Shown here: piece after piece, positions 18,930 through 27,546 of the stretch | Layout of the letters: each line of letters starts with the position of its first letter | Numbering within the stretch: the first letter of the stretch is position 1 | DNA from: Dehalococcoidia bacterium | GTDB lineage: Bacteria > Chloroflexota > Dehalococcoidia > SHYB01 | Length of the DNA stretch: 64,000 bases | Direction: 5' to 3' | Assembly: GCA_009693015.1 (NCBI GenBank) | Contig: SHYB01000001.1 | Span: forward strand, 47,885 to 111,884 | Position numbers and translations under genes: made by a program | The notes under the pieces: model-generated | What the model was told of the DNA's origin: nothing | The model's input: the letters and a program-made list of their open reading frames with translations, nothing else | Database searches by the model: none

Positions 18930-19797
18930 GCTGCATCCCTAGCGCGGCGAAGGCTCCCGCGAGGAGCCGCAGCTTCCTGGCGCGGGAGACCTTGGGCCGT
19001 CGTGTCAGCGTATCGTAGCCCTGAGCGCGGATGGCGTCGAGGACGCTCATGCCGCCCAGGGTGAAGAGGCGCAGGTCAATGCGCAGCGCAGGGTCCACCA
19101 TGCCTGGAAGACCGGCGCCGTCCCGGAATAGCGCCCGCGCCCGCTCGACCTCGAACCGCATCAAGTCGCGGTAGTGTTGGTTCACCACGCCCGCCGCCAA
19201 CTCTTCTGGCGTGTAGCCGGACTGGGGGAAATCCTCGAGGGGGATATAGATGCGCCCCAGGTCGAAATCGCGTCTGACGTCCTGCCAGAAATTGGCGAGT
19301 TGCAGCGCGGTGCAGGTGGCGTCGGAGAGGCGCTGGCGCTCGGCGTCGTGGTAGCCAAACACAGACAGCACCATGCGCCCTACAGGGTTGGCGGAATGCT
19401 CGCAGTAGTGCAGCACATCGGCGTAGGTGGCGTAGCGGCTGTTGCGCTGGTCCATGCGGTTGGCTTCGATGAGCTTGAGGAACGGCTCGGCGGGCATGGC
19501 GTGGCGTCGCATGGTGTCTTGCAGGGCGATGAGAATAGGGTGCTCCGGCGTGGCGCTCGTGCAGCGGCGAAAGTCCCGCTCCCAGGAGTCCAGCAGCGCC
19601 AGGCGATCGCCGGGAGCCTCATCGCCCAGGTCGTCGGTGTGGCGGCAGAAGCCGTACACGGCGTACATGGAGGGGCGCAGGCGCTTGGGGAGGAACCAGG
19701 AGACGACGGTGAAGTTTTCGTAGTGCGACCGCGCCATGCGCTCGCAGCTGGCGTAGGCGCCGGCGAGGGTTGGGGGCGCGATGGCGGCGTGGGTCAT
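18913..19797 (-). CDS. hpnC: hydroxysqualene synthase (squalene synthase family)
   Basis: Squalene/phytoene synthase fold (YGFCRHTDDLGDE); start MTHAAIAPP chosen because longer track ORF runs into ispG. Confidence 0.7.
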   Translation of the reverse strand: MTHAAIAPPTLAGAYASCERMARSHYENFTVVSWFLPKRLRPSMYAVYGFCRHTDDLGDEAPGDRLALLDSWERDFRRCTSATPEHPILIALQDTMRRHAMPAEPFLKLIEANRMDQRNSRYATYADVLHYCEHSANPVGRMVLSVFGYHDAERQRLSDATCTALQLANFWQDVRRDFDLGRIYIPLEDFPQSGYTPEELAAGVVNQHYRDLMRFEVERARALFRDGAGLPGMVDPALRIDLRLFTLGGMSVLDAIRAQGYDTLTRRPKVSRARKLRLLAGAFAALGMQRVRGR

Positions 19798-19852
19798 GGT
19801 GCGTGTAGTCGGGGCATCACGCGGGTCATCAGGTTCAGCGCCCCGTTTCGCA

Positions 19853-21169
19853 TTACGCCGTGACCTTGGCGCCCCAGCGCTTGGCGACGTACTCTTCGAC
19901 CATGGCGATGAAGTCGGTGGCGATCGTTGCGCCCTCAAGGAAAGTGACGCGCTCTCCGTCAACGAAGACCGGGGCGCGGGGCGCTTCGCCGCTGCCGGGC
20001 AGCGAGATGCCGAGGTGCGCGGCGCGGGATTCGCCGGGGCCGTTCACCACGCAGCCCATGACGGCGACCTTCAGCGTCTCCGCGCCGGCGTACTGTGCCT
20101 TCCACTGCGGCATCTTGGCGTCCAGGTGTGTCTGAATGTCACGCGCCAATTCGCGGAAGAGGGAGGAAGTGGTGCGTCCGCAGCCGGGGCAGGAGGTGAC
20201 GGCGGGACGGAACGAGCGCAGGTCCAGCGCCTGGAGGATTTCCTGGCACAGGCGCACCTCGCGGGAGCGGTCGCCACCGGGCTCCGGCGTGAGGCTGGAG
20301 CGAATGGTGTCGCCGATGCCGTCGTAGAGCAGCACGGAGAGGGCCGCGGCGGTGGCGACGACTCCTTTGCTGCCCATGCCGGCCTCGGTCAGCCCTAGGT
20401 GCAGGGGAAGGTCGCAGCGGCGGGCCAGTTCGCGGTAGGCCTCCACCATTTGGGACAGGCGGGAGACCTTGCAGGAGACGATGATCTTGTTCTCCGGCAG
20501 GCCCAGGGCCACGGCGGCCTCGGCGCTGGCCAGGGCGCTCTCCACCAGCGCTTCGCGCTCCACCTCATCGCCGGTGAGGGGCGTGGCGCGGCGCGAGTTT
20601 GCGTCCATTTTCGAGATCAGCAGGTCCGGGTCCAGGCTGCCCGCGTTGACGCCGATGCGCACCGGCTTGCCCAGGTCGCGGGCCACGTCAATGAACGCGC
20701 GGAAGTTGTCATCATGGCGCGGGCCGCGGCCCACGTTGCCTGGGTTGATGCGGAACTTGTCCAGCGTCTTGGCGCAGCCGGGATGATCGCGCAGCAGGCG
20801 GTGGCCGATGAAGTGGAAGTCGCCCACGATGGGCACGCGGCAGCCGAGGGCGTCCAGGCGCTGGCGGATTTCCGGGACGGCGCGCGCGGCGGCGTCGTTG
20901 TTCACCGTGACGCGCACTAGTTCGCTGCCCGCGTCCGCCAGCAGCTTGACCTGGGCCACCGTCGCCTGGATATCGGCAGTGTCCGTATCTGTCATGGACT
21001 GCACGACGATAGGGTTCATGCCGCCCACGGCGACGTTGCCGACCATGACGACTTTCGCGGCGCGGCGGCGGGTGATGGCGTGTGCGCCGGCGACTTGCGG
21101 GGGCCGCGAATCCGCGATGACTTTTCCCCGTACCGGCCTGCGTATGTTTTCTGTTGCCATATTTGTCAC
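19853..21169 (-). CDS. ispG: 4-hydroxy-3-methylbut-2-enyl diphosphate synthase
   Basis: 438 aa GcpE; CPGCGRT and GCVVNGPGE Fe-S motifs. Confidence 0.9.
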   Translation of the reverse strand: MTNMATENIRRPVRGKVIADSRPPQVAGAHAITRRRAAKVVMVGNVAVGGMNPIVVQSMTDTDTADIQATVAQVKLLADAGSELVRVTVNNDAAARAVPEIRQRLDALGCRVPIVGDFHFIGHRLLRDHPGCAKTLDKFRINPGNVGRGPRHDDNFRAFIDVARDLGKPVRIGVNAGSLDPDLLISKMDANSRRATPLTGDEVEREALVESALASAEAAVALGLPENKIIVSCKVSRLSQMVEAYRELARRCDLPLHLGLTEAGMGSKGVVATAAALSVLLYDGIGDTIRSSLTPEPGGDRSREVRLCQEILQALDLRSFRPAVTSCPGCGRTTSSLFRELARDIQTHLDAKMPQWKAQYAGAETLKVAVMGCVVNGPGESRAAHLGISLPGSGEAPRAPVFVDGERVTFLEGATIATDFIAMVEEYVAKRWGAKVTA

Positions 21170-21252
21170 CTTGCTGGGATCGTTAGCCGAGCCAATGCAA
21201 TGACCCTGCGGACGGACTGCGGATGGCTCGGTGCTTTAGTCCGGCACGAAAG

Positions 21253-23211
21253 TCAGACATTATCCGCCTCTTGGCGCAGGGCCTCGCGGTACTGGCCCAG
21301 GGCCATGAGGGGCCAGTAGTCCCGGTACATATGGTAGTTGATCATGAAATCGTGGGGAAAGCCAGTGCCGGTGAACTGCGGCTCGTCCCAGGAGCCGTGC
21401 GGCTTCTGCGTGTGCAGCAGGTATTCTACGGCGCGTCGGGCCGTTCTGCCGCGCGCCTCCCCCGCGGCAATGAGCGCCAGCAGCGCCCATGACGTCTGCG
21501 ATGCGGTGCTGGGGCCGCGCCCTGCCATATCTGGGTTACGATACGACTCGCACGCTTCGCCGAAGCCGCCGTCGGCGTTGGGATGCGAGTCCAGCCATTC
21601 GACCGCTTTGCGTACCGCGGGCTGGCCCATGTCTTCGCCGGCCCATTTGAGCGCGGGCAGCACCGACCCCAGGCCATAGACGTAGTTCACGCCCCAGCGG
21701 CCCCACCAGGAGCCGTCGCGTTGCTGCGCGCCGTAGAGGTAGCGGAGCGCACGCTGGACAACGGCGCTGCGACTTTCGTGCCCCGCGCGTCCAAAGTACT
21801 CCAGGGCATGCGCCGTGACATCCTCCGTGGGCGGGTCAATCACTTCGCCGAAATCGCAGAAGGGGATCGTCGTCATGAGCCTGCGCGTGTTGTCCACGTC
21901 GAACGATCCCCACCCGCCGTTGCGGTTCTGCATCCCTTCCATCCATGCTGCGCCGCGCTCCAGCGCCTGCGCCATGCGAGGGTTGCCGTCCCACCCCATC
22001 TTGCGCAACGCGATGAGCACCATCGCCGTATCGTCCACGTCAGGGTAGGTGGCATTATCGAACTCGAACGCCCACCCGCCTGGCTGGAGGCGGGGGCGCT
22101 TCACCTGCCAGTCGCCGCCATGATCAAGGACCTGGTTCTTGAGCAGCCATTCCGTGGACTTCACCAGCGCTGGGTGCGCCGGCGGAAGGCCGGAGTCTTG
22201 CAGCGCGAGCATGGCGATGCAGGTGTCCCACACTGGGGAGACGCATGGCTCGGTGTGGAAGGTGTCCGCCGTCTCTCTGGCGAATCGCTCGAAGCCGGCG
22301 AAGCCCTTGGCCATGACGGGATGGTCCATGGGATACCCGAGGGTCTTGAGGGCCATGAGAGCATAGACCCACGGCGGCTGGATGCCTCCCCAAGAGCCGT
22401 CGGCCTCCTGGCGTTCCAAGAGCCAGCGCTCCGCCTTGCGGAGGGCCACGCCGCGCAACGGCTTGACCGGCGACATTTCCATGAGGCGCAGGCCTTTGTC
22501 CACGCCGCGGAAGAAGCCCGTCCAGCTCAAGGGCGAGCCGTTCTTGCCGAAGGTGTATCTGGTGCGGTGCCGTCCCAGCGGGTACAGTTCGTCAATGCTG
22601 GCGTAGGACGGCACATGGCATGTAGGCTTGAGCGACAGCAGCACGGTGCAGGCGACGATGGTAGCGCGGGCCCAGGCGGCGAAATCGTAGATATTCCCCG
22701 GCATCCACGGGGGCACGAGCATCATCTCCGGCGGCAGCGCGGGAGTGCCGCGCCAGTCCCACTGGCCGAAGAGCGCCAGCCACATCTTGGTGAACACCCG
22801 CGTGTTGGGCACGCCGCCCAGGGCCAGGGCCACCTCGCGGGCTCTGCGCATCGCCGGGTCATTGGGGTCCACGCCGGCGAGCTTCATGGCGAAGTAGCAT
22901 TCGACGGTGCAATTCAGATCGCTGGGCCCGCCGTGCCACACCGCCCAGCCGCCCTCCGGCAGTTGCTGTTCGCGGAGGTAGCTGACGATCTTGCGCCAGC
23001 GCTGGGGGTCGGGCTTGCCGAGGAAGTGGGTGAGCAGGAGGTATTCGGCGTGGATGGCGCAGTTGGCTTCCAGCTCTCCCCACCAGGAGCCGTCAGGGAA
23101 TTGCACCCGCAGCAGGTAGTCCTGGGAGGCCTGGATGCCTTGGCTGAGGCGCTCCGCCAGCGGAGGCTCGCCACGCATGGCGGGCTGGCGCGGGGCGTCA
23201 TGCGTAGCCAT
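21253..23211 (-). CDS. shc: squalene-hopene cyclase
   Basis: about 650 aa; multiple QW repeats, DVDDTA catalytic motif; start MATHD (alternative 23241). Confidence 0.9.
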   Translation of the reverse strand: MATHDAPRQPAMRGEPPLAERLSQGIQASQDYLLRVQFPDGSWWGELEANCAIHAEYLLLTHFLGKPDPQRWRKIVSYLREQQLPEGGWAVWHGGPSDLNCTVECYFAMKLAGVDPNDPAMRRAREVALALGGVPNTRVFTKMWLALFGQWDWRGTPALPPEMMLVPPWMPGNIYDFAAWARATIVACTVLLSLKPTCHVPSYASIDELYPLGRHRTRYTFGKNGSPLSWTGFFRGVDKGLRLMEMSPVKPLRGVALRKAERWLLERQEADGSWGGIQPPWVYALMALKTLGYPMDHPVMAKGFAGFERFARETADTFHTEPCVSPVWDTCIAMLALQDSGLPPAHPALVKSTEWLLKNQVLDHGGDWQVKRPRLQPGGWAFEFDNATYPDVDDTAMVLIALRKMGWDGNPRMAQALERGAAWMEGMQNRNGGWGSFDVDNTRRLMTTIPFCDFGEVIDPPTEDVTAHALEYFGRAGHESRSAVVQRALRYLYGAQQRDGSWWGRWGVNYVYGLGSVLPALKWAGEDMGQPAVRKAVEWLDSHPNADGGFGEACESYRNPDMAGRGPSTASQTSWALLALIAAGEARGRTARRAVEYLLHTQKPHGSWDEPQFTGTGFPHDFMINYHMYRDYWPLMALGQYREALRQEADNV

Positions 23212-24184
23212 GCGCCCGGCACCATGTGATTGCATCTGCAAATGCTTGCTCCGGCGGCGTCTGCGGCAAGCCCAGCTCCTGCACCGCGCGGGAGGAGTCG
23301 AAATACATATGCTTGCGGGAGAGTTTGACCTCTGCCACGGTGACGCGTGGGGTGCGCCGCAGCAGCCGTCCCGTGACGGTTTCCTCGGCGCAGGCGTACA
23401 GCAGCGCGGCCAGGTAGGGGATGCGGCGCCGCGGCGGCTGGCAGCCGGCGATGCGGGCGATGGACTGGCAGATCTCCAGCAGGCTCATGTTGCGGTTGCC
23501 CAGGAGATAGCGCTCTCCCGGCTTGCCGCGGCGCATCGCCTGGATGTGGCCGCGCGCCACATCGCGTACGTGCACGATGTTGAGCCCGGTGTCCACGTAG
23601 CCGCTCATTCTGCCGCGCAGCACCTCCACCACGATCCTGCCCGTGGGCGTGGGTTTCACATCCCAGGGGCCCATAGGGGTGGTGGGGTTGACGATGACCA
23701 CTTCCAGCCCGTTGCCGTTGGCGCGAAGGGCCTCCTGCTCCGCCAGGTACTTGGAACGCTTGTACCCTGCCTGCATATCGCGGACTCTCACCGGGGTGGA
23801 CTCGTTCCCCGGCGTGCCGTCTTTCGGCAGGCCGATGGTGCCTGACGAGCTGGTATACACCACGCGCCGCACGCCCGTCTCCCGCGCCGCGGTAAGGAAC
23901 GCTCGCGTTCCCAGGACGTTCACCTGGTGTGTGAGCCGGTGGTCCGGGGGCCAGAAGACGTAGTGGGCGCCGGCGTGGTATGCCTCGCGGCAGCCCTGGA
24001 GGGCCTCCCGCAGCGATGCTGCGTCGCGCAGGTCGCCTTCGGCCAGCTCCACATGCAAGCCGGAGAGCGCCGTGCGGTCGCTGGCGGGCCGCGCCAGCAC
24101 GCGCACCGTTTCGCCGTCCGCGAGCAGTTCGCGTACGAGGTTGCTGCCGATGAAGCCGGTGGCGCCGGTGACCAGGACCGTCAT
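23198..24184 (-). CDS. hpnA: hopanoid-associated NAD-dependent sugar epimerase/dehydratase
   Basis: MTVLVTGATGFIGS Rossmann start, YxxxK; position between hpnG and shc. Confidence 0.7.
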   Translation of the reverse strand: MTVLVTGATGFIGSNLVRELLADGETVRVLARPASDRTALSGLHVELAEGDLRDAASLREALQGCREAYHAGAHYVFWPPDHRLTHQVNVLGTRAFLTAARETGVRRVVYTSSSGTIGLPKDGTPGNESTPVRVRDMQAGYKRSKYLAEQEALRANGNGLEVVIVNPTTPMGPWDVKPTPTGRIVVEVLRGRMSGYVDTGLNIVHVRDVARGHIQAMRRGKPGERYLLGNRNMSLLEICQSIARIAGCQPPRRRIPYLAALLYACAEETVTGRLLRRTPRVTVAEVKLSRKHMYFDSSRAVQELGLPQTPPEQAFADAITWCRAHGYA

Positions 24185-24954
24185 CGCCGCACCGCGAAGG
24201 CGGCAGGATAGCGGGCGAGCAGCAGTTCGGCGAAGGCGGCGATGTTGCGCGCGCCCAATCGGGCGTTCGCCGCGAGGCCGGGCGTGGCGGGAATGTGCCA
24301 GGGGTGGGTGGCGTAATACCACGCGGCGCTGAGCATGCGCACTTCGCCCATCGGGTCGAGAAATCGCTCGTAGTCGGGCAGCGTGTCCGTGCTGGTGTCG
24401 GAGGCGGCGCGCACTGCCAGGGCGGGCGTGCCTGCCTCGCCGGCCGCCTGGGCCACCCAGTAGCTTTCCATGTCTACCGCCGCCGCTTGAAACTGCGCCG
24501 CAAACTGGGCCTTCTGCCTGGGGCCGGGCATGGCGTGGGGTACGCTGACGATCGTGCCCCGGTGGGCGCGCACAAACTCCTCCTCCAGCCAGCCGAGGCT
24601 TGCGTCCACCAGCGCGGCATCGGCGGCGATGGGCGGGTGGCTGGAGGCGTCCCCCGCTTCATCCGGCGCCATGAGCCGGGCGGCGACGACGAGGTCACCG
24701 CCTTTCACGGCAGGGGACGCGCCGCCGGAATAGCCTGTGGTCACGATGAGCGCGGGGCGGTAGCGGGCGCAGGCGGCCTGCGTGGCGCGGATGGAGCGTT
24801 CTTTGCCGATGCCCGACTGCACCAGCGCCAGAGGGGTGCCCTCAAGGCGACCTTCCGTGAATATGGCGCCCTCGAGCTGCCGGCGGACAGGCGCTGCCAG
24901 AAGGCGCTCGATCTCCGCCAGTTCCCGTCGCAGCGCGGCGATAAACACGAGCAC
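24181..24954 (-). CDS. hpnG: hopanoid-associated phosphorylase/nucleosidase (PNP/MTAN fold)
   Basis: 257 aa PNP-UDP family pattern; synteny with hpnH. Confidence 0.7.
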   Translation of the reverse strand: MLVFIAALRRELAEIERLLAAPVRRQLEGAIFTEGRLEGTPLALVQSGIGKERSIRATQAACARYRPALIVTTGYSGGASPAVKGGDLVVAARLMAPDEAGDASSHPPIAADAALVDASLGWLEEEFVRAHRGTIVSVPHAMPGPRQKAQFAAQFQAAAVDMESYWVAQAAGEAGTPALAVRAASDTSTDTLPDYERFLDPMGEVRMLSAAWYYATHPWHIPATPGLAANARLGARNIAAFAELLLARYPAAFAVRR

Positions 24955-24959
24955 GCTGG

Positions 24960-25340
24960 TTACTCCTGCTCTTGTGCCGCGGTCTCGCCGCGGCCTTCGT
25001 CTGCGCCGCGGGCAGCAGTCTTGGCGAGGACAGCGTCGCGGCGCTTCGCCCAGGCGTCCCAGCTTTTGCCCGCGGAGGTGTCCTTGCCGCTGAAGCGGAT
25101 GCCCGCGATCCGCGCATAGGGCAGGCGCGTGGGGCCGTTGCCCTCCACATCGAAGTACTCGATGAACGGCGCAGGCCCCGTGGCGTTGCGATTAGAGACG
25201 TAGCATTCCAGCAGCGCGCCGTCTGTGAGCGCCAGCGTGACGTTGCCGCGATAGTCGAAGGCGTGCTCGATGATCTGCGCCAGCGGCAGTTCCGGCCCCG
25301 GCTGCGCCGCCCACCCCTCCCGACTGGTTTCTTCAGGCAT
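24960..25340 (-). CDS. hypothetical protein embedded between hpnH and hpnG
   Basis: 126 aa ORF, tightly packed (29 nt after hpnH, 5 nt before hpnG); no family recognised. Confidence 0.45.
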   Translation of the reverse strand: MPEETSREGWAAQPGPELPLAQIIEHAFDYRGNVTLALTDGALLECYVSNRNATGPAPFIEYFDVEGNGPTRLPYARIAGIRFSGKDTSAGKSWDAWAKRRDAVLAKTAARGADEGRGETAAQEQE

Positions 25341-25369
25341 TGGTGCTTGCTCCTAGAGCTTTCCGCTGC

Positions 25370-26392
25370 CTACAGCTTGCCGCTGATAGTGGCGATCACT
25401 GTCTTGCCGAAGGCCACGGGGGAGCCGAACGTCTTGCTCACGGCAGTGGCCTCAAAGCCGCAATGCACCATGCAGTCCTTGCACTTGGGGTTGCCGCTGG
25501 CCTTGCCGTAGCTGTCCCACGCTGTGGTCTCCAGCAACTCCTTGAACGTGGCGGCGTACCCCTCCTGCAGGAGGTAGCATGGCCGCTGCCAGCCGAAATT
25601 GTTGTACAGCGGCATGCCCCACGGCGTGCATTCGTAGTTATGCTTGCCCATGAGGAACTGGAGGAACAGCGGCGATTGGTTGAACTGCCACGCACGCTTC
25701 TTATTGGAGAGGACGCTGGAGAACAGTTCGTTGGTGCGCTGCTTCTGGAGGAAGTGCTCTTGATCGGGGGCCTTGGAATAGCTGTACCCCGGCGAGATCA
25801 TCATGCCTTCCACGCCCAGGGCCATCATATCGTCGAAGAACCTACGCATGCCCAGAGGCTGCGTGTTATCGAACAGCGTGCTGTTGGTGGTCACGCGAAA
25901 GCCCCGGCTCACCGCCGCCTTGATCGCCTCCACGGCCACGTCATAGGTGCCATCGCGGCAGACGGATGCATCGTGCTGCTCGCGGGGGCCGTCCATGTGC
26001 ACGCTGAAGCTCAGGTACTTGGATGGCGTGAACAGCCCTTGCTCCAGTTTTTCCTTGAGCAGGAGCGCATTGGTGCAGAGGTATATGTACTTGCGGCGCT
26101 TGACCAGCTCCCGCACCAGCTCGGCGATGTGCGGGTACATCAGCGGCTCGCCGCCGGCGATGCTCACCATGGGGGCGCCGGACTCCTGCATGGCGTGGAG
26201 GCACTGCGCCACGGAGAGGTTCTTTTTGAGGATTTGCGCGGGGTACTGGATTTTGCCGCATCCCGCGCAGGCCAGGTTGCAGCGAAAGAGGGGCTCCAAC
26301 ATCAGCACCAGAGCGTACCGCTTGCGCCGCATGATCTTCTGGCGCATCACGTGCTGGGTCACCGTCCACGCCTGCGCCACGGGTACTGCCAT
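25370..26392 (-). CDS. hpnH: adenosylhopane synthase (radical SAM)
   Basis: 340 aa; CNLACAGCG radical-SAM cluster motif; typical HpnH length and C-terminal Cys-rich region. Confidence 0.85.
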   Translation of the reverse strand: MAVPVAQAWTVTQHVMRQKIMRRKRYALVLMLEPLFRCNLACAGCGKIQYPAQILKKNLSVAQCLHAMQESGAPMVSIAGGEPLMYPHIAELVRELVKRRKYIYLCTNALLLKEKLEQGLFTPSKYLSFSVHMDGPREQHDASVCRDGTYDVAVEAIKAAVSRGFRVTTNSTLFDNTQPLGMRRFFDDMMALGVEGMMISPGYSYSKAPDQEHFLQKQRTNELFSSVLSNKKRAWQFNQSPLFLQFLMGKHNYECTPWGMPLYNNFGWQRPCYLLQEGYAATFKELLETTAWDSYGKASGNPKCKDCMVHCGFEATAVSKTFGSPVAFGKTVIATISGKL

Positions 26393-26443
26393 ATCTTACG
26401 ATCCTTCTCTAGGCCGGCCCTTGGGGCCAGCGGTACGGAGATG

Positions 26444-27511
26444 CTAGTGCTCCCGATCCATCAAAAACTGCACGAGGTCCGCGAATTCGGCGCGCGCCGC
26501 GGCGGAAAGATGCACCGGCGCCAGGGTTGCCATGCTGCGCTCCGCATGCTCCCGCGCCAGGCCGGTGCAGTAGGCGGCGGCGCGGACCTCGTCCAGCACC
26601 GCCAGCACGTCGTGCACATCGCCTTCTTGCAGCGGGCGGTCGCTTCGATAGATCGCCAGCATACGATCGCGTGACGCGCCCTCGGCGTGCGCGAGTGCGT
26701 AGACGATGGGCAGCGACTTCTTGCGGCGGTGGATATCGCCGGCGGCGGGCTTGCCTGTTTTGTCCTGGGCGCCCCATACGCCGAGCATATCGTCCCGAAC
26801 CTGGAACAGCAGGCCCAGGCCCTTGCCGAACAGGCGCATCGCTTCCACCGTGGATGGGTCCGCCGCCGCGGCCACTGCGCCCATGTGCAGCGACGCTTCC
26901 AAGAGCGCCCCCGTCTTTTTGTCGATCATCGTGAGATAGTCGTCCACGCGCACGCTGGGCCGCCGCTCGAACGTGAGGTCGAGCACCTGCCCTTCGATCA
27001 TCTCCAGCGAGGCGCGGGTGAGGATGCGCGAGATCTCCAGGCGGCGCTGCGGCGGCAGCGCGCCGGGGTTGGTGTCCAGCAGCGCCAGGTTGCCCAGGGC
27101 GTGCATGGCGTCGCCGGCGTTGATGCCGTGGCTCTGGCCCCAGATGTACCACACCGTCTTGCGATGGCGGCGCTCCGTGTCCCCGTCTTGAATATCGTCG
27201 TGGATGAGGGAGAAGTTGTGGATCAGCTCGATGGCCACCGCGGGGGGCAGCGCCTGCTCCTTTGTCCCGCCCACGGCTTCGCAGGCGAAGAGGCACAGCG
27301 CGGGGCGCACCTCCTTGCCCACGTTGGCATCGGCGGCGCGGCCCTGCTCGTCTTGCCATCCCAGGTGGTAGCGCAGCATGTCATAGAGGGGCGCCGTGCT
27401 GTCGGGGAACGCGGCCTTCAGCCCAGCGCGAATATCGCTGCGGTAGCGGGAGAAGACGTGGGGAATCGCGGTGGCAGGCATGGGTGCGGCTTGGCTGTCT
27501 GACCCTCTCAT
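26444..27511 (-). CDS. polyprenyl diphosphate synthase (FPP/GGPP synthase, IspA-like)
   Basis: Two Asp-rich motifs (LIHDDIQD, FQVRDDMLG); alternative start 27481. Confidence 0.8.
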   Translation of the reverse strand: MRGSDSQAAPMPATAIPHVFSRYRSDIRAGLKAAFPDSTAPLYDMLRYHLGWQDEQGRAADANVGKEVRPALCLFACEAVGGTKEQALPPAVAIELIHNFSLIHDDIQDGDTERRHRKTVWYIWGQSHGINAGDAMHALGNLALLDTNPGALPPQRRLEISRILTRASLEMIEGQVLDLTFERRPSVRVDDYLTMIDKKTGALLEASLHMGAVAAAADPSTVEAMRLFGKGLGLLFQVRDDMLGVWGAQDKTGKPAAGDIHRRKKSLPIVYALAHAEGASRDRMLAIYRSDRPLQEGDVHDVLAVLDEVRAAAYCTGLAREHAERSMATLAPVHLSAAARAEFADLVQFLMDREH

Positions 27512-27546
27512 TTCATCTCATTTCATCTCGTCATCTCGTCATCGTG

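Noticed and set aside
21583-23229. 548-aa plus-strand ORF
   Set aside because: Antisense to the squalene-hopene cyclase gene, which has unmistakable QW and DVDDTA motifs on the other strand.
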